A DNA stretch of 28,514 bases from a bacterium (GTDB lineage: Bacteria > SZUA-182 > DTGQ01), in NCBI GenBank assembly GCA_040752695.1, contig JBFMGO010000081.1, positions 1-28,514 on the forward strand, written 5' to 3'. The first letter of the stretch is position 1; each line of letters begins with the position of its first letter. The position numbers and the translations under genes are program-made. A model generated the notes under the pieces. The model did not search any database. It saw only the letters and a program-made list of their open reading frames with translations, and was not told the DNA's origin. Of this stretch, positions 1 through 8,567 are shown one piece after another.

Positions 1-1
1 C

Positions 2-136
2 GGGTTAAACTATGCGGATGACGATTTGCCCGAAAGTGTTGCTGCCAGCAGGGAGGTGTTATCACTTCCCATCTTTCCGGACATGACGTCAGAGCAGATT
101 GCCTACGTTTGCCAAAGCCTGGAGGAATTATTATAG
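2..136 (+). CDS. C-terminal end of a DegT/DnrJ/EryC1/StrS-family PLP aminotransferase (5' truncated by window)
   Basis: Frame 2 reads GLNYADDDLPESVAASREVLSLPIFPDMTSEQIAYVCQSLEELL*, stop TAG 134-136. The 'LPxS...VLSLPIFP' ending is typical of this family. Not in the ORF track. Confidence 0.75.
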   Translation, partial: GLNYADDDLPESVAASREVLSLPIFPDMTSEQIAYVCQSLEELL

Positions 137-1308
137 AAGTCCCATCCTCGGCAGTGATTCTCATGGTGGCTGGTGAGGCTTCCGGCGATTTGCATGGAGG
201 AAACCTGGCCAGAGAGATTTTGACTCGACTTCCCCAAGCCCGGATTTTTGGCATCGGCGGTGCAAAAATGCAAGAGGCCGGCGTGCAACTGCTTCGAAGC
301 ATCGACGATCTGGCTGTAGTCGGAATCTCCGAAGTCGTGCTCCATTGGAAGGCCATCCGGCAGACTTTTCATACCTTAAGCCAGTTTATCCGGGAGAGGC
401 GGCCGGATCTGGTAATCCTGATCGATTACCCGGATTTCAATCTCCGATTAGCCAGGGTAGCCAAAAGAGAGAGAACCCGGGTCCTGTATTACATCAGCCC
501 ACAGGTTTGGGCCTGGCGGAGCTGGCGGGTGAAAACCATTGCCCGGAACGTGGATACTCTTTTGGTGGTGTTCCCTTTTGAGATCCCCTTCTATCAGGGT
601 TGCGGTCTGGATGTCCGGTTCATCGGCCACCCTCTGGTGGATCTTTTGGACGCTGCCGGGGCAGAACCTCGCGGCAGGGAAAAGGTCAGCTTTCAATTGG
701 GAGTGGACCCAAAGGGGCCGATTGTGGGGCTTCTGCCGGGAAGCAGGCGAAGCGAGATTCAACGGCTTTTGCCTCAGCTTTTGGGTGCGGCTACGAGGAT
801 TTCCCGGACGATGCCCAGTGTACAGTTTCTGCTGGCTCTGGCCCCGACCATCAAACCCGCAGAAGTCGAACCATACCTTCGGGAACTCGACCCTTCAGTA
901 AAAGTCCTGTGCCAGGTGGACAGCACCTACGATATCATCCGGCTTGCCGATCTGGTATTGGTAAGCTCAGGTACGGCGACCCTGGAAACGGCCCTTTTGA
1001 ATACCCCGATGATTCTGGTGTACCGGCTCTCACTGATAAGCTACATCCTGGGAAGGCTTCTGATAAGGGTTCCCTACATCGGTCTGGTCAATCTGGTGGC
1101 CGAAAAAAGAATCGTTCCGGAATTGATCCAGTACCAGGCCAGTCCGGAGCGGATCGCCTCCCTGGCTCTGAACATTCTGCGGGATTCAAAAAGACAGGAA
1201 TCTATGCGCCGGGAACTCGGAAAGATCAAGGAAAAACTCGGAGATCCAGGGAGCTCTGCCCGTGCAGCCGAGGTGGTTGTGGAAATGCTTGGCCGGGGAA
1301 GAAAATAA
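109..1308 (+). CDS. lpxB: Lipid-A-disaccharide synthase (true start possibly GTG 154 or ATG 163)
   Basis: Motifs AGEASGDLHG, LIDYPDFNLRLA, YYISPQVWAWR, FPFE, FIGHPL, LLPGSRRSE, SGTATLE, VPELIQ. Confidence 0.95.
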   Translation: MPKPGGIIIEVPSSAVILMVAGEASGDLHGGNLAREILTRLPQARIFGIGGAKMQEAGVQLLRSIDDLAVVGISEVVLHWKAIRQTFHTLSQFIRERRPDLVILIDYPDFNLRLARVAKRERTRVLYYISPQVWAWRSWRVKTIARNVDTLLVVFPFEIPFYQGCGLDVRFIGHPLVDLLDAAGAEPRGREKVSFQLGVDPKGPIVGLLPGSRRSEIQRLLPQLLGAATRISRTMPSVQFLLALAPTIKPAEVEPYLRELDPSVKVLCQVDSTYDIIRLADLVLVSSGTATLETALLNTPMILVYRLSLISYILGRLLIRVPYIGLVNLVAEKRIVPELIQYQASPERIASLALNILRDSKRQESMRRELGKIKEKLGDPGSSARAAEVVVEMLGRGRK

Positions 1309-1361
1309 GTATTCCCTCCCTGCCAACGGGAAGCATTCCCCATATCAAAGGGCAACAGTTT

Positions 1362-2063
1362 ATGGAAGATAAAAGAGCGACGAGTTGGAAACAGCGGAAG
1401 AAAAAATGGAAAAAAAGGGCGCTTGATCTTGAGATCTTCCCCTGGTTGGGGGCCTGGTTGATCCGGTTCCTGGGTTTGACCATACGTCAGGAATGGATCG
1501 GGAGAGAAAAAGTCCATGCTTTATGGCGGAGGGGGCAGTCAGTTATTTACGTTTTCTGGCATGGCCGCCTGCTCATGATGCCTCTGATCTGCCGGGGCAG
1601 GCGGGCCGGAGTGATGATCAGCCATCATCGGGATGGAGAGTTGATCACCCGGATTATCCGGCGCTTTGGCTATTACTCGGTTCGAGGATCGAGCAGCCGG
1701 GATGGAATGGCTGCGTTGAGACGGCTGTCCAGGGAAATGAAAGCAGGGTCCGATGCCGCTATAGCTCCTGATGGGCCACGAGGTCCCCGGTATCAGGCCC
1801 AAAGCGGCGCTGTCCTGCTGGCCCGTCTGACCGGCTGCCCTCTTATCCCGGTAGCCTTTGGCACTTCCAGAGGGAAATTCCTGTCAAGCTGGGACCGGTT
1901 TTTAATCCCGTATCCTTTTTCCAGAGGCGTGTTTATTTTCAGCGACCCGATCTGGGTGGCCCAGGAAGAGGGCCGGGTATCAATGGAGGAAAAACGCCAA
2001 CTCCTGGAGGCCAGGCTGAACCAGATTACAAAAGAGGCCGACCATTACTTTGATGAGCTTTAG
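1362..2063 (+). CDS. DUF374 lysophospholipid acyltransferase family protein, LpxJ-like lipid A late acyltransferase
   Basis: C-terminal part of ORF 600..2063, ATG at 1362. Motifs FWHGRLL, ISHHRDGE, VRGSSSRDG, PDGPRGP, SWDRFLIPYPFSR; adjacent to lpxB. Confidence 0.85.
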   Translation: MEDKRATSWKQRKKKWKKRALDLEIFPWLGAWLIRFLGLTIRQEWIGREKVHALWRRGQSVIYVFWHGRLLMMPLICRGRRAGVMISHHRDGELITRIIRRFGYYSVRGSSSRDGMAALRRLSREMKAGSDAAIAPDGPRGPRYQAQSGAVLLARLTGCPLIPVAFGTSRGKFLSSWDRFLIPYPFSRGVFIFSDPIWVAQEEGRVSMEEKRQLLEARLNQITKEADHYFDEL

Positions 2064-2199
2064 CCGAATTCACTTTTTTCTGGACATGAGAGCTCAGCTT
2101 TTTAGAGCGTTTGACTTTTTATCAGGATAGACTGTTTCCGCCAATTATGAACGGTTGGGGCTTTTTTAAAAGTGTCTGGTGGAAAGATCGTTATTTCCC

Positions 2200-2228
2200 T
2201 TGACAGGTATTACTATATATTTTATAAT
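2200..2228 (+). promoter_or_regulatory. Sigma70 promoter of the cob operon
   Basis: Perfect TTGACA (2200-2205), 17-nt spacer, TATAAT (2223-2228), immediately upstream of the riboswitch. Confidence 0.9.
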
Positions 2229-2240
2229 TTATCAAATTTA

Positions 2241-2443
2241 GGATTCACGGGAAAAGCCACGAAAAAGCTTTTAAGGGAAAATGGTGTAAGACCATTGCGG
2301 ACCCGCCGCTGTAACCGGGGATGAAAACTGCAAAGAGCCACTATCTTATGGATGGGAAGGGGCAGTGAGTAAGATGATCCGGAAGCCAGAAGACCTGCCT
2401 GTGGATATGTAAGAAGTATTGCTACCTTCGTGGATTAGGGTAG
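2241..2443 (+). ncRNA. Cobalamin (AdoCbl-type) riboswitch
   Basis: AAGGGAA-atggt-GTAAG-accat, gcgg-ACCCG-ccgc-TGTAA, GCCACT...GGGAAGG, and B12-box AGCCAGAAGACCTGCC (2384-2399). P1 attcacgg/ctgtggat; P13-like hairpin ctacctt-cgtggatt-agggtag at 2422-2443. Lies upstream of cobalamin genes. Confidence 0.95.
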
Positions 2444-2472
2444 GCCTTACTCGGAACAAGATGGAAAACGGC

Positions 2473-2513
2473 ATCCCCGGGTTTAATTGATAATAAACCC
2501 GGGGATTTTTTTT
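2473..2513 (+). terminator. Intrinsic terminator (riboswitch expression platform)
   Basis: 13-bp perfect stem ATCCCCGGGTTTA (2473-2485) / TAAACCCGGGGAT (2494-2506) followed by a T-run to 2513. Confidence 0.9.
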
Positions 2514-2666
2514 ACCGGCTGATTTTTACCAGATGATTTTTTAACCAATTAATTTATACCGAATGAATCAAGATCAGACGTGTAGATCGCCTATTCAGGA
2601 AGTGGATCACACGTTCAAGAAGTGGATCATACATTCGGGAATTGGATCATGCATTCATGAATAGGA
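2504..2666 (+). repeat. Degenerate tandem repeats in the cobT leader (14-17 bp x4, then 20 bp x3.5)
   Basis: gattttt(t)accagat-like units 2504-2564; ttcaggaagtggatcacacg / ttcaagaagtggatcataca / ttcgggaattggatcatgca at 2594-2653. Confidence 0.85.
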
Positions 2667-2674
2667 GTTGGAGT

Positions 2675-3751
2675 ATGAATTTATTAGAGGCAACCCTCAA
2701 AGAAATTGTTCCCCAGGATGCATTTGCCCGTACAAGGGCAAAAGAGCGTCTTTCTCAGCTCACCATGCCTTTCTGGGCGCTTGGCCGCCTCATGGACCTG
2801 GCTGAGGATCTGGCTGGTATGACCTGTTCCAGCCGTCCTTCAACCATGAGAAAAGCCATCGTCGTCATGGCCGCCGATCATGGTGTTGCCGCAGAAGGAG
2901 TGAGCAAATACCCGCAGGAAGTGACCGCCCAGATGGTCGGGAATTTCGTGGAAGGTGGAGCGGGGATTAACGTGCTGGCCCGGCTGGCAGGAGCGCGGGT
3001 GGTAGTTGTCGATATGGGAGTAGCAGGCGATCTGAGTTCTCTGGTCAGTGAGGGAAAGATTCTTTCAAAGCATATGGGCAAGGGAACACGAAACATTGCT
3101 CGAGGTGCAGCAATGAGCCGTGATCAAGCTGTCCTTTGCCTGGAAGCAGGGATTGAGGTAGCCCGTGAGTTGGGGCCAACGGTTGATATCTTCGGCACAG
3201 GGGACATGGGCATAGGGAATACGACTCCGAGCAGTGCCATTCTCGCGGTCCTTGGTGGCTTGCAGCCTGTGGAAGTAACCGGGCGTGGGACCGGCATAGA
3301 TGACCAGCAATGGCATCAGAAGGTCTCTACTGTCAAAAAGGCTCTTGAAGTGAATCAGCCAGACCCCCTGGACGCCCTGGATGTGCTGGCCAAAGTAGGC
3401 GGATTCGAGATTGCCGGTATTGCCGGTTTGATTCTTGGCGCTGCCGCCTTGAGAAAACCGGTTCTGGTTGATGGGTTCATTTCAACAGCCGGTGCTTTGA
3501 TTGCCCATCGGCTTTCGCCTCATGCTGCCGATTACATGATCGCTGCCCATAAGAGCATGGAACAGGGCCACAAAAAGGCATTGGAAATTCTAGAGAAAAA
3601 GCCGTTGCTGGATCTTGATCTTCGTCTGGGTGAAGGCACGGGAGCTGCTCTGGCTATGAATCTGCTGGAAGCTGCTGCCGGTATCCTGACAGATATGGCT
3701 ACTTTTGAGGAAGCTCAGGTTTCCCAGGCCGTTGCGCACGCTATCGAGTAA
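2675..3751 (+). CDS. cobT: Nicotinate-nucleotide--dimethylbenzimidazole phosphoribosyltransferase
   Basis: Motifs MAADHGVAAEGVSKYPQEVT, GDMGIGNTT, VGGFEIAG, VDGFIS, LRLGEGTGA, MATFEEA. ATG 2675 follows GGAG. Confidence 0.95.
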   Translation: MNLLEATLKEIVPQDAFARTRAKERLSQLTMPFWALGRLMDLAEDLAGMTCSSRPSTMRKAIVVMAADHGVAAEGVSKYPQEVTAQMVGNFVEGGAGINVLARLAGARVVVVDMGVAGDLSSLVSEGKILSKHMGKGTRNIARGAAMSRDQAVLCLEAGIEVARELGPTVDIFGTGDMGIGNTTPSSAILAVLGGLQPVEVTGRGTGIDDQQWHQKVSTVKKALEVNQPDPLDALDVLAKVGGFEIAGIAGLILGAAALRKPVLVDGFISTAGALIAHRLSPHAADYMIAAHKSMEQGHKKALEILEKKPLLDLDLRLGEGTGAALAMNLLEAAAGILTDMATFEEAQVSQAVAHAIE

Positions 3752-3759
3752 AGACTCGC

Positions 3760-3830
3760 TTATGGGGAGTTGCTCATGAAGGGATTATTATGAAGGGATT
3801 ATCATGAGGGTTTGTTCATGATGGAAATTA
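3760..3830 (+). repeat. 14-bp degenerate tandem repeat x5
   Basis: ttatggggagttgc / tcatgaagggatta / ttatgaagggatta / tcatgagggtttgt / tcatgatggaaatta. Confidence 0.85.
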
Positions 3831-3850
3831 TCAAAGAACTTTAGGAAGCT

Positions 3851-4990
3851 ATGAAGCCGTCATCGCTTATAGACAAAGAGATGAATACATTAAAGACCGG
3901 TACCGTACGATATGAACATGGCGGAAACCTGAGAAAATTGGCTGAAATTGCCGGTTGTCCCCGTGAGGGCATCCTTGATTTTTCTGCGAATATCAATCCT
4001 CTTGGACCGCCCGGCTGGCTTTCGGACCTGATTAACGCAAAGATAAGCTCTTTAGTGCACTATCCCGACCCTGACTGTCGGTCTTTGGTCAAAGCCCTCA
4101 GTAATCGATATCAGATAAGGGAAGGCGAGATTCTGATCGGGAATGGATCGACTGAGCTCTTCTACCTCCTTCCGCGGGTTCTTCCCGTATCCAGCGCTCT
4201 CGTGCCGGTGCCCTCATACGCGGACTATACCAGGGCTCCGCAACAGGCAGGATTACCGGTTGAAGTTATCCCCCTGGAAGAGGGCAGCGGCTTTGAGCTC
4301 GATCTTTCAGCTCTCAGGGTAAGGCTGAAAGGGAATGAGCTGGTCGTGATCGGTCTCCCGAACAATCCCACCGGGCTTTTGTTCGATACAGACTCTTTGC
4401 GCATGCTGGCCGTGCAGCATCCTTCTACGTTCTTTATGATTGATGAGGCGTTTATCGATTTTATCGCAGGTGCTGACAGTTTAATCTCTCGTCGGCTGGC
4501 CAATGTCATAGTGCTTCGTTCGCTTACCAAGTTCTACGCCATTCCCGGCTTAAGATTAGGGTGGGCTGCGGCTGACAGCGCGATAGTCGAACGGGTGCGG
4601 GCAATTGCTCCCCCATGGTCAGTCAACTCAATTGCCCAGGCAGTAGGGGAAGCGCTTTTTCAGATGGATAATGAATATGCAGAGCGTACCCGGTCCCTGG
4701 TGCAGGAGGAGCAAAAGTTCATCCTCGGAGAACTTCGATCTTTTGGTGGATTAACGGCATTCCCTGGAAAGGCTAATTTCCTTCTGGTGCGGATCGATCA
4801 CGGTGAACTGAAGGCACCAGGCTTAGCCCGGCGGATGCTTAAGGAAGGTCTGGCCATTCGTGTCTGCGATAACTTTCCGGGACTGGACGATCGGTTTTTT
4901 CGGCTGGCGGTCAGAACAAGGGAAGAAAACAGGCGGCTTTTAGGAGCATTGCAGGCCGCACTGGGACGCGGTTATTCGCCCGGCAGATAA
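3851..4990 (+). CDS. cobD: L-threonine-O-3-phosphate decarboxylase
   Basis: HGGN, DFSANINPLGPP, HYPDP, GNGSTE, PNNPTG, DEAFIDF, SLTKFYAIPGLRLG (PLP lysine); cob operon context. Confidence 0.92.
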   Translation: MKPSSLIDKEMNTLKTGTVRYEHGGNLRKLAEIAGCPREGILDFSANINPLGPPGWLSDLINAKISSLVHYPDPDCRSLVKALSNRYQIREGEILIGNGSTELFYLLPRVLPVSSALVPVPSYADYTRAPQQAGLPVEVIPLEEGSGFELDLSALRVRLKGNELVVIGLPNNPTGLLFDTDSLRMLAVQHPSTFFMIDEAFIDFIAGADSLISRRLANVIVLRSLTKFYAIPGLRLGWAAADSAIVERVRAIAPPWSVNSIAQAVGEALFQMDNEYAERTRSLVQEEQKFILGELRSFGGLTAFPGKANFLLVRIDHGELKAPGLARRMLKEGLAIRVCDNFPGLDDRFFRLAVRTREENRRLLGALQAALGRGYSPGR

Positions 4991-5029
4991 TGATGAGATG
5001 AGCGTAGATGATGAGATGAGAGTAAGATA

Positions 5030-5989
5030 ATGAGATTAGAGTATCAGATTTTACTGGCTCTTGGACTTGATCTTTTGATTGGAGACCCGCGCTGGTTTCC
5101 TCATCCGGTTAAACTGATCGGAAGATCAGCCGCAGGATTGGAACCTTTTTTGCGGCGATCCTTCTCGAAACCGCGAGCGGCAGGTGTGGCGATGGTTCTG
5201 GTAATTACCTCCCTTACCGGCCTTGGGACTTTTTCCCTGATCGCGGGAGCACAGCGGTGGGGAGCACGATGGATTCATCCTCTGGCTGGAGATATCGTCT
5301 CAATCCTGGTTATCTATACTTCCCTGGCTGTACGGGATCTCATCCATCACAGTTACCGGGTTTATCGCTGTCTTAAGGATAGTGATCTCGACGGGGCCAG
5401 ACAGAGAGTGGCGCTGATGGTTGGCCGCGATACGGACCGGCTGGATGAGGAGGGTGTCGCGCGTGCAGCCGTAGAAAGTGTTGCCGAGAATATGGTCGAT
5501 GGCATTACAGCACCGCTCTTTTTTACCTTCCTGGCAGGACCGGTAGGGGCTATGGTTTACAAGGCTATTAATACTCTTGACTCAACCTTCGGTTATAAAA
5601 ATGAGCGGTATAGGGAATTCGGATGGGCTTCAGCAAGGATTGACGATGGAGCCAATTACCTGCCGGCCAGGCTGACTGCACCCTTAGTGCCGGTGGCCGC
5701 TGCTTTGCTGAAACTGAAACCTCTCGATTCGCTTCGGATACTCCGGCGTGACCGGAAAAAGCACCCCAGCCCCAATTCAGGCTTTGCCGAAGCTGCATTT
5801 GCCGGTGCCCTCGGAGTACAATTAGGCGGACTGAACTATTACTTTGGCTGCCCTTCGGCCAAGCCGGTTTTGGGAGACTCAAGCGTGAGACTGTCGATGA
5901 ATCATATTCTCAAAGCCAATGCCCTGGCCCTTGCAACAACAGCCCTGGCCACCCTCTTTCTCTTCGGGTTGCGAATGGCTCTTTTTTAG
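5030..5989 (+). CDS. cbiB: Adenosylcobinamide-phosphate synthase
   Basis: DLLIGDP..PHPV, VGRDT, ESVAEN..DG, YKAINTLDSTFGY, DD.ANYLPARL, HPSPNSG. Confidence 0.95.
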   Translation: MRLEYQILLALGLDLLIGDPRWFPHPVKLIGRSAAGLEPFLRRSFSKPRAAGVAMVLVITSLTGLGTFSLIAGAQRWGARWIHPLAGDIVSILVIYTSLAVRDLIHHSYRVYRCLKDSDLDGARQRVALMVGRDTDRLDEEGVARAAVESVAENMVDGITAPLFFTFLAGPVGAMVYKAINTLDSTFGYKNERYREFGWASARIDDGANYLPARLTAPLVPVAAALLKLKPLDSLRILRRDRKKHPSPNSGFAEAAFAGALGVQLGGLNYYFGCPSAKPVLGDSSVRLSMNHILKANALALATTALATLFLFGLRMALF

Positions 5990-6050
5990 CCCGGGCTTAG
6001 GGAATTGCCCAATACATGACTCGAAATACCATGCTCAAGAAGGAAATGAA

Positions 6051-7169
6051 ATGAAAAAAGCATTGCTCTTACTGGGACATGGCTCCCGTATTCAGGAGGC
6101 CAATGAATCCCTTTATTCTATAGCTGAGATGGTCAAGAAAAAAAGCGGTCTGACCATAGTGAAACCTGTCTTTCTTCAATTCGCCTCTCCTACCTTACTG
6201 GAAGGAATTGAATATTGTCTGGCCCAGGGAGTTGAGGAAATTCTCATCCATCCTTATTTTCTTTACGCGGGTGCCCATGTGCTTCAGGATATCCCGGCTA
6301 TGATTGAAAGCTTCCGCAGCGATCATCCCGGCGTGCGCATCAGAATTACTTCTCCTTTGGGTGTGCATGATAAGCTGGCGGAAATTGTTCTTGAGAGGCT
6401 TAAGGAAAATGGAGACCCTGGGATAGCAATCGGTGAGCCAGGAATCGGTGAGCCGATGATCGGGCAAGCACCCGATTTAGCTTTCCCTGATCAGACCTTG
6501 AGTGGTCAGCCCCTGTGTGATCAGATTTTGAGTGAACCGGCCTTGAGTGATCCAGATCTCTGTGATCCAGCCTTAATCGAGAGGAAAAGCTTTGCAATCA
6601 TATCGAACGAGATTCAGGAAGATATTTTCCCTGAGCCTCTTCGACCGATAGTCAAGCGGGTTATTCATGCTACGGGGGATGTCACTATTGCTTCAGCGAT
6701 ACGCTTTTCTCCACATTTTTACCAGCACCTCTCGGAATCCCTATCCGGGGGAGCACCCATTATCACTGATGTATTCATGGTCAAGGAGGGCTTAAGCCTG
6801 CCCCTTTTGGCCAGGTTCAATAACCCGGTTTTTTGTTTTATCCGGGATGACGAGGTAAGAGAGACAGCCGAAAAGGAGAAGATCACCCGCTCCATGGCTG
6901 CCCTGCGAAAAGGAGCGGCTCTCTATCCGGAAGGTATTTATCTGGTTGGAAATGCACCAACCGCTCTTCGTGAATTAATCCATTTATATCGCCGTCACGA
7001 GATTGCACCGGCAGGTATAGTTGGCTGTCCGGTTGGATTTGTGGGAGCGGCTGAGGCCAAAGAAGAGCTCTGCCAGACGGATCTTTCCTATTTCACCTGC
7101 CTGGGACCCAAGGGAGGAAGCCCTATGGCAGCAGCGGTTATAAATGCACTGTTAAAAGAGTTACCATAA
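6051..7169 (+). CDS. cbiX/cbiC: Fusion of a short CbiX cobaltochelatase and the cobalt-precorrin-8 methylmutase CbiC
   Basis: N-terminal LLGHGSR...PYFLYAGAHVLQDIP (CbiX); C-terminal IERKSF...RVIHATGD...GNAPTAL...PVGFVGAAEAKE...KGGSPMAAA (CbiC). The domains are joined by a repeat linker. Confidence 0.9.
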   Translation: MKKALLLLGHGSRIQEANESLYSIAEMVKKKSGLTIVKPVFLQFASPTLLEGIEYCLAQGVEEILIHPYFLYAGAHVLQDIPAMIESFRSDHPGVRIRITSPLGVHDKLAEIVLERLKENGDPGIAIGEPGIGEPMIGQAPDLAFPDQTLSGQPLCDQILSEPALSDPDLCDPALIERKSFAIISNEIQEDIFPEPLRPIVKRVIHATGDVTIASAIRFSPHFYQHLSESLSGGAPIITDVFMVKEGLSLPLLARFNNPVFCFIRDDEVRETAEKEKITRSMAALRKGAALYPEGIYLVGNAPTALRELIHLYRRHEIAPAGIVGCPVGFVGAAEAKEELCQTDLSYFTCLGPKGGSPMAAAVINALLKELP

Positions 7170-7185
7170 CTGGATGGTGGTGCGG

Positions 7186-7320
7186 CATACACCTGGCAAG
7201 GGTAGATAACGGTATATACACCTGGCGACTATACCCCTGGCAAGGATGTAAATGCCTGTTAATTTAGTACCTGACAATAGTATAGTGCCTGGCAATGGCT
7301 ATATCTGGCAATGGTAAATC
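7186..7320 (+). repeat. Degenerate CCTGGCAA-core repeats x7
   Basis: Cores at about 7192, 7221, 7236, 7255, 7270, 7288 and 7304 (e.g. atacacctggcaagg, atacccctggcaagg, gtgcctggcaatgg). Confidence 0.75.
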
Positions 7321-7347
7321 CCAAGAAGGACAAGGAGGATAAAGTTA

Positions 7348-8088
7348 ATGAAGAAAAAAACCTATACCCATTTTTTCTTAATTCTTTTTTCCACCGTTTT
7401 GGTGATGCTTCAGGCAAAGACTGCCTGGGCCATGCATATTTCAGAAGGAATTCTTCCCTTTCCCTGGGCCGCCTTTTGGACAGTGTTAGCTGCACCATTT
7501 CTTATCAAGGGGCTTTTTGATATCAAAAGGAAAAAAGAGGAAATGCCAAGCTATCTCCCCTTGTTGGGGATGGTTGGAGCGGCCGTGTTTGTGTTTTCCT
7601 GTCTCCCGGTTCCCGTTCCCATAGCCGGAACGTGCAGTCACCCGGCAGGCACCGGACTTTCGGTAATTCTCCTGGGATTTTTCCCCAGTATCACGGTGGC
7701 CGCCGTAGCGCTTTTAATCCAGGCCCTTTTCCTTGCCCACGGAGGATTAACCACCTTCGGAGCCAATGTATTTTCCATGGGCATTATCGGGTCTCTGGCA
7801 GGCTTTCTCACTTTTCAGCTCGGCAAGTCATGGAAAATTCCTTTATTCTGGCGTGCCTTTATAGCCGGTGTAGCCGCGGATCTTTTTACCTACCTGGCTA
7901 CCTCGGTGGAACTTGGCCTTGCCTTGCACGGAGATCAGGCTGCGGCTAAAGTTATCACCACCATCTTTTTCTCGTTCCTGCCGACCCAGATTCCCTTAAG
8001 CCTTTTAGAAGGGGTGCTCACGGCAGGTGCAGTCGTTTATATCTATAAGCACCGGCCTGTAGTTCTTCAGAAAATGCAAGTGGTGTAG
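7348..8088 (+). CDS. cbiM: ECF cobalt transporter S component with N-terminal signal-peptide-like extension
   Basis: MHISEGILP metal-binding N-terminus after AKTAWA; GTCSHPAGT, QALFLAHGGLTTFGAN, TQIPL..LEG. Confidence 0.95.
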   Translation: MKKKTYTHFFLILFSTVLVMLQAKTAWAMHISEGILPFPWAAFWTVLAAPFLIKGLFDIKRKKEEMPSYLPLLGMVGAAVFVFSCLPVPVPIAGTCSHPAGTGLSVILLGFFPSITVAAVALLIQALFLAHGGLTTFGANVFSMGIIGSLAGFLTFQLGKSWKIPLFWRAFIAGVAADLFTYLATSVELGLALHGDQAAAKVITTIFFSFLPTQIPLSLLEGVLTAGAVVYIYKHRPVVLQKMQVV

Positions 8089-8168
8089 CCGGAGAGTTTA
8101 TGGCGGTTTTTCTGCTTGTGTATGATATGGAGTAAGGAAAGTCAGCCGGGAGTTTTGCAGGGAATTTA

Positions 8169-8219
8169 AGTGATGGTTATCGTATAGTGATGGTTTTTAT
8201 GTAGTGATAGATATTATGT
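8169..8219 (+). repeat. 17-bp degenerate tandem repeat x3
   Basis: agtgatggttatcgtat / agtgatggtttttatgt / agtgatagatattatgt. Confidence 0.8.
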
Positions 8220-8240
8220 GTGTATGGAGGAACTAAGGTT

Positions 8241-8567
8241 ATGAGAAAGGGAAAGGCATTGTTCCTGTTTCTTGCCGTGATGCTATTTTCCTGTACCTTG
8301 ATAATTGGTATCATTGGCCGGCCGATAACTGCCTCGTGTGCTGAATGGTCGGGTGTGGATGAGACAGTAGTCGAAAAGTATGCAGAACACTATGGCCGCT
8401 CAGCCCGTGAGCCTTTCATTAATACCGATCAGGGGGACATCCTGCTGTTTGTGTTTTGCCTGGCAGGCACCATTGGAGGATTTGTCATGGGCTATTCATT
8501 TCGTAAATTTTTTCATGAGCCACAGGAAGAACTCGTTCACGCGCCACGAGGCCATTCGAAATGCTGA
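8241..8567 (+). CDS. cbiN: CbiN-like small membrane component of the cobalt ECF transporter
   Basis: Two hydrophobic segments flank WSGVDETVVEK...EPFINTDQGD.LLF.F..AG..GGF..GY; located between cbiM and cbiQ. Confidence 0.75.
   Translation: MRKGKALFLFLAVMLFSCTLIIGIIGRPITASCAEWSGVDETVVEKYAEHYGRSAREPFINTDQGDILLFVFCLAGTIGGFVMGYSFRKFFHEPQEELVHAPRGHSKC

Noticed and set aside
600..1361. N-terminal 254 aa of the 487-aa ORF
   Set aside because: Overlaps lpxB in another frame and has no family motifs; the real gene starts near ATG 1362.
2138..2167. Possible terminator after the DUF374 gene
   Set aside because: The stem is short and relies on G-U pairs; too weak to call.
2594..2660. 20-bp repeats (also the 7186-7320 and 13906-13988 arrays) as CRISPR arrays
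   Set aside because: Units are contiguous and degenerate, with no unique spacers and no cas genes in the window.
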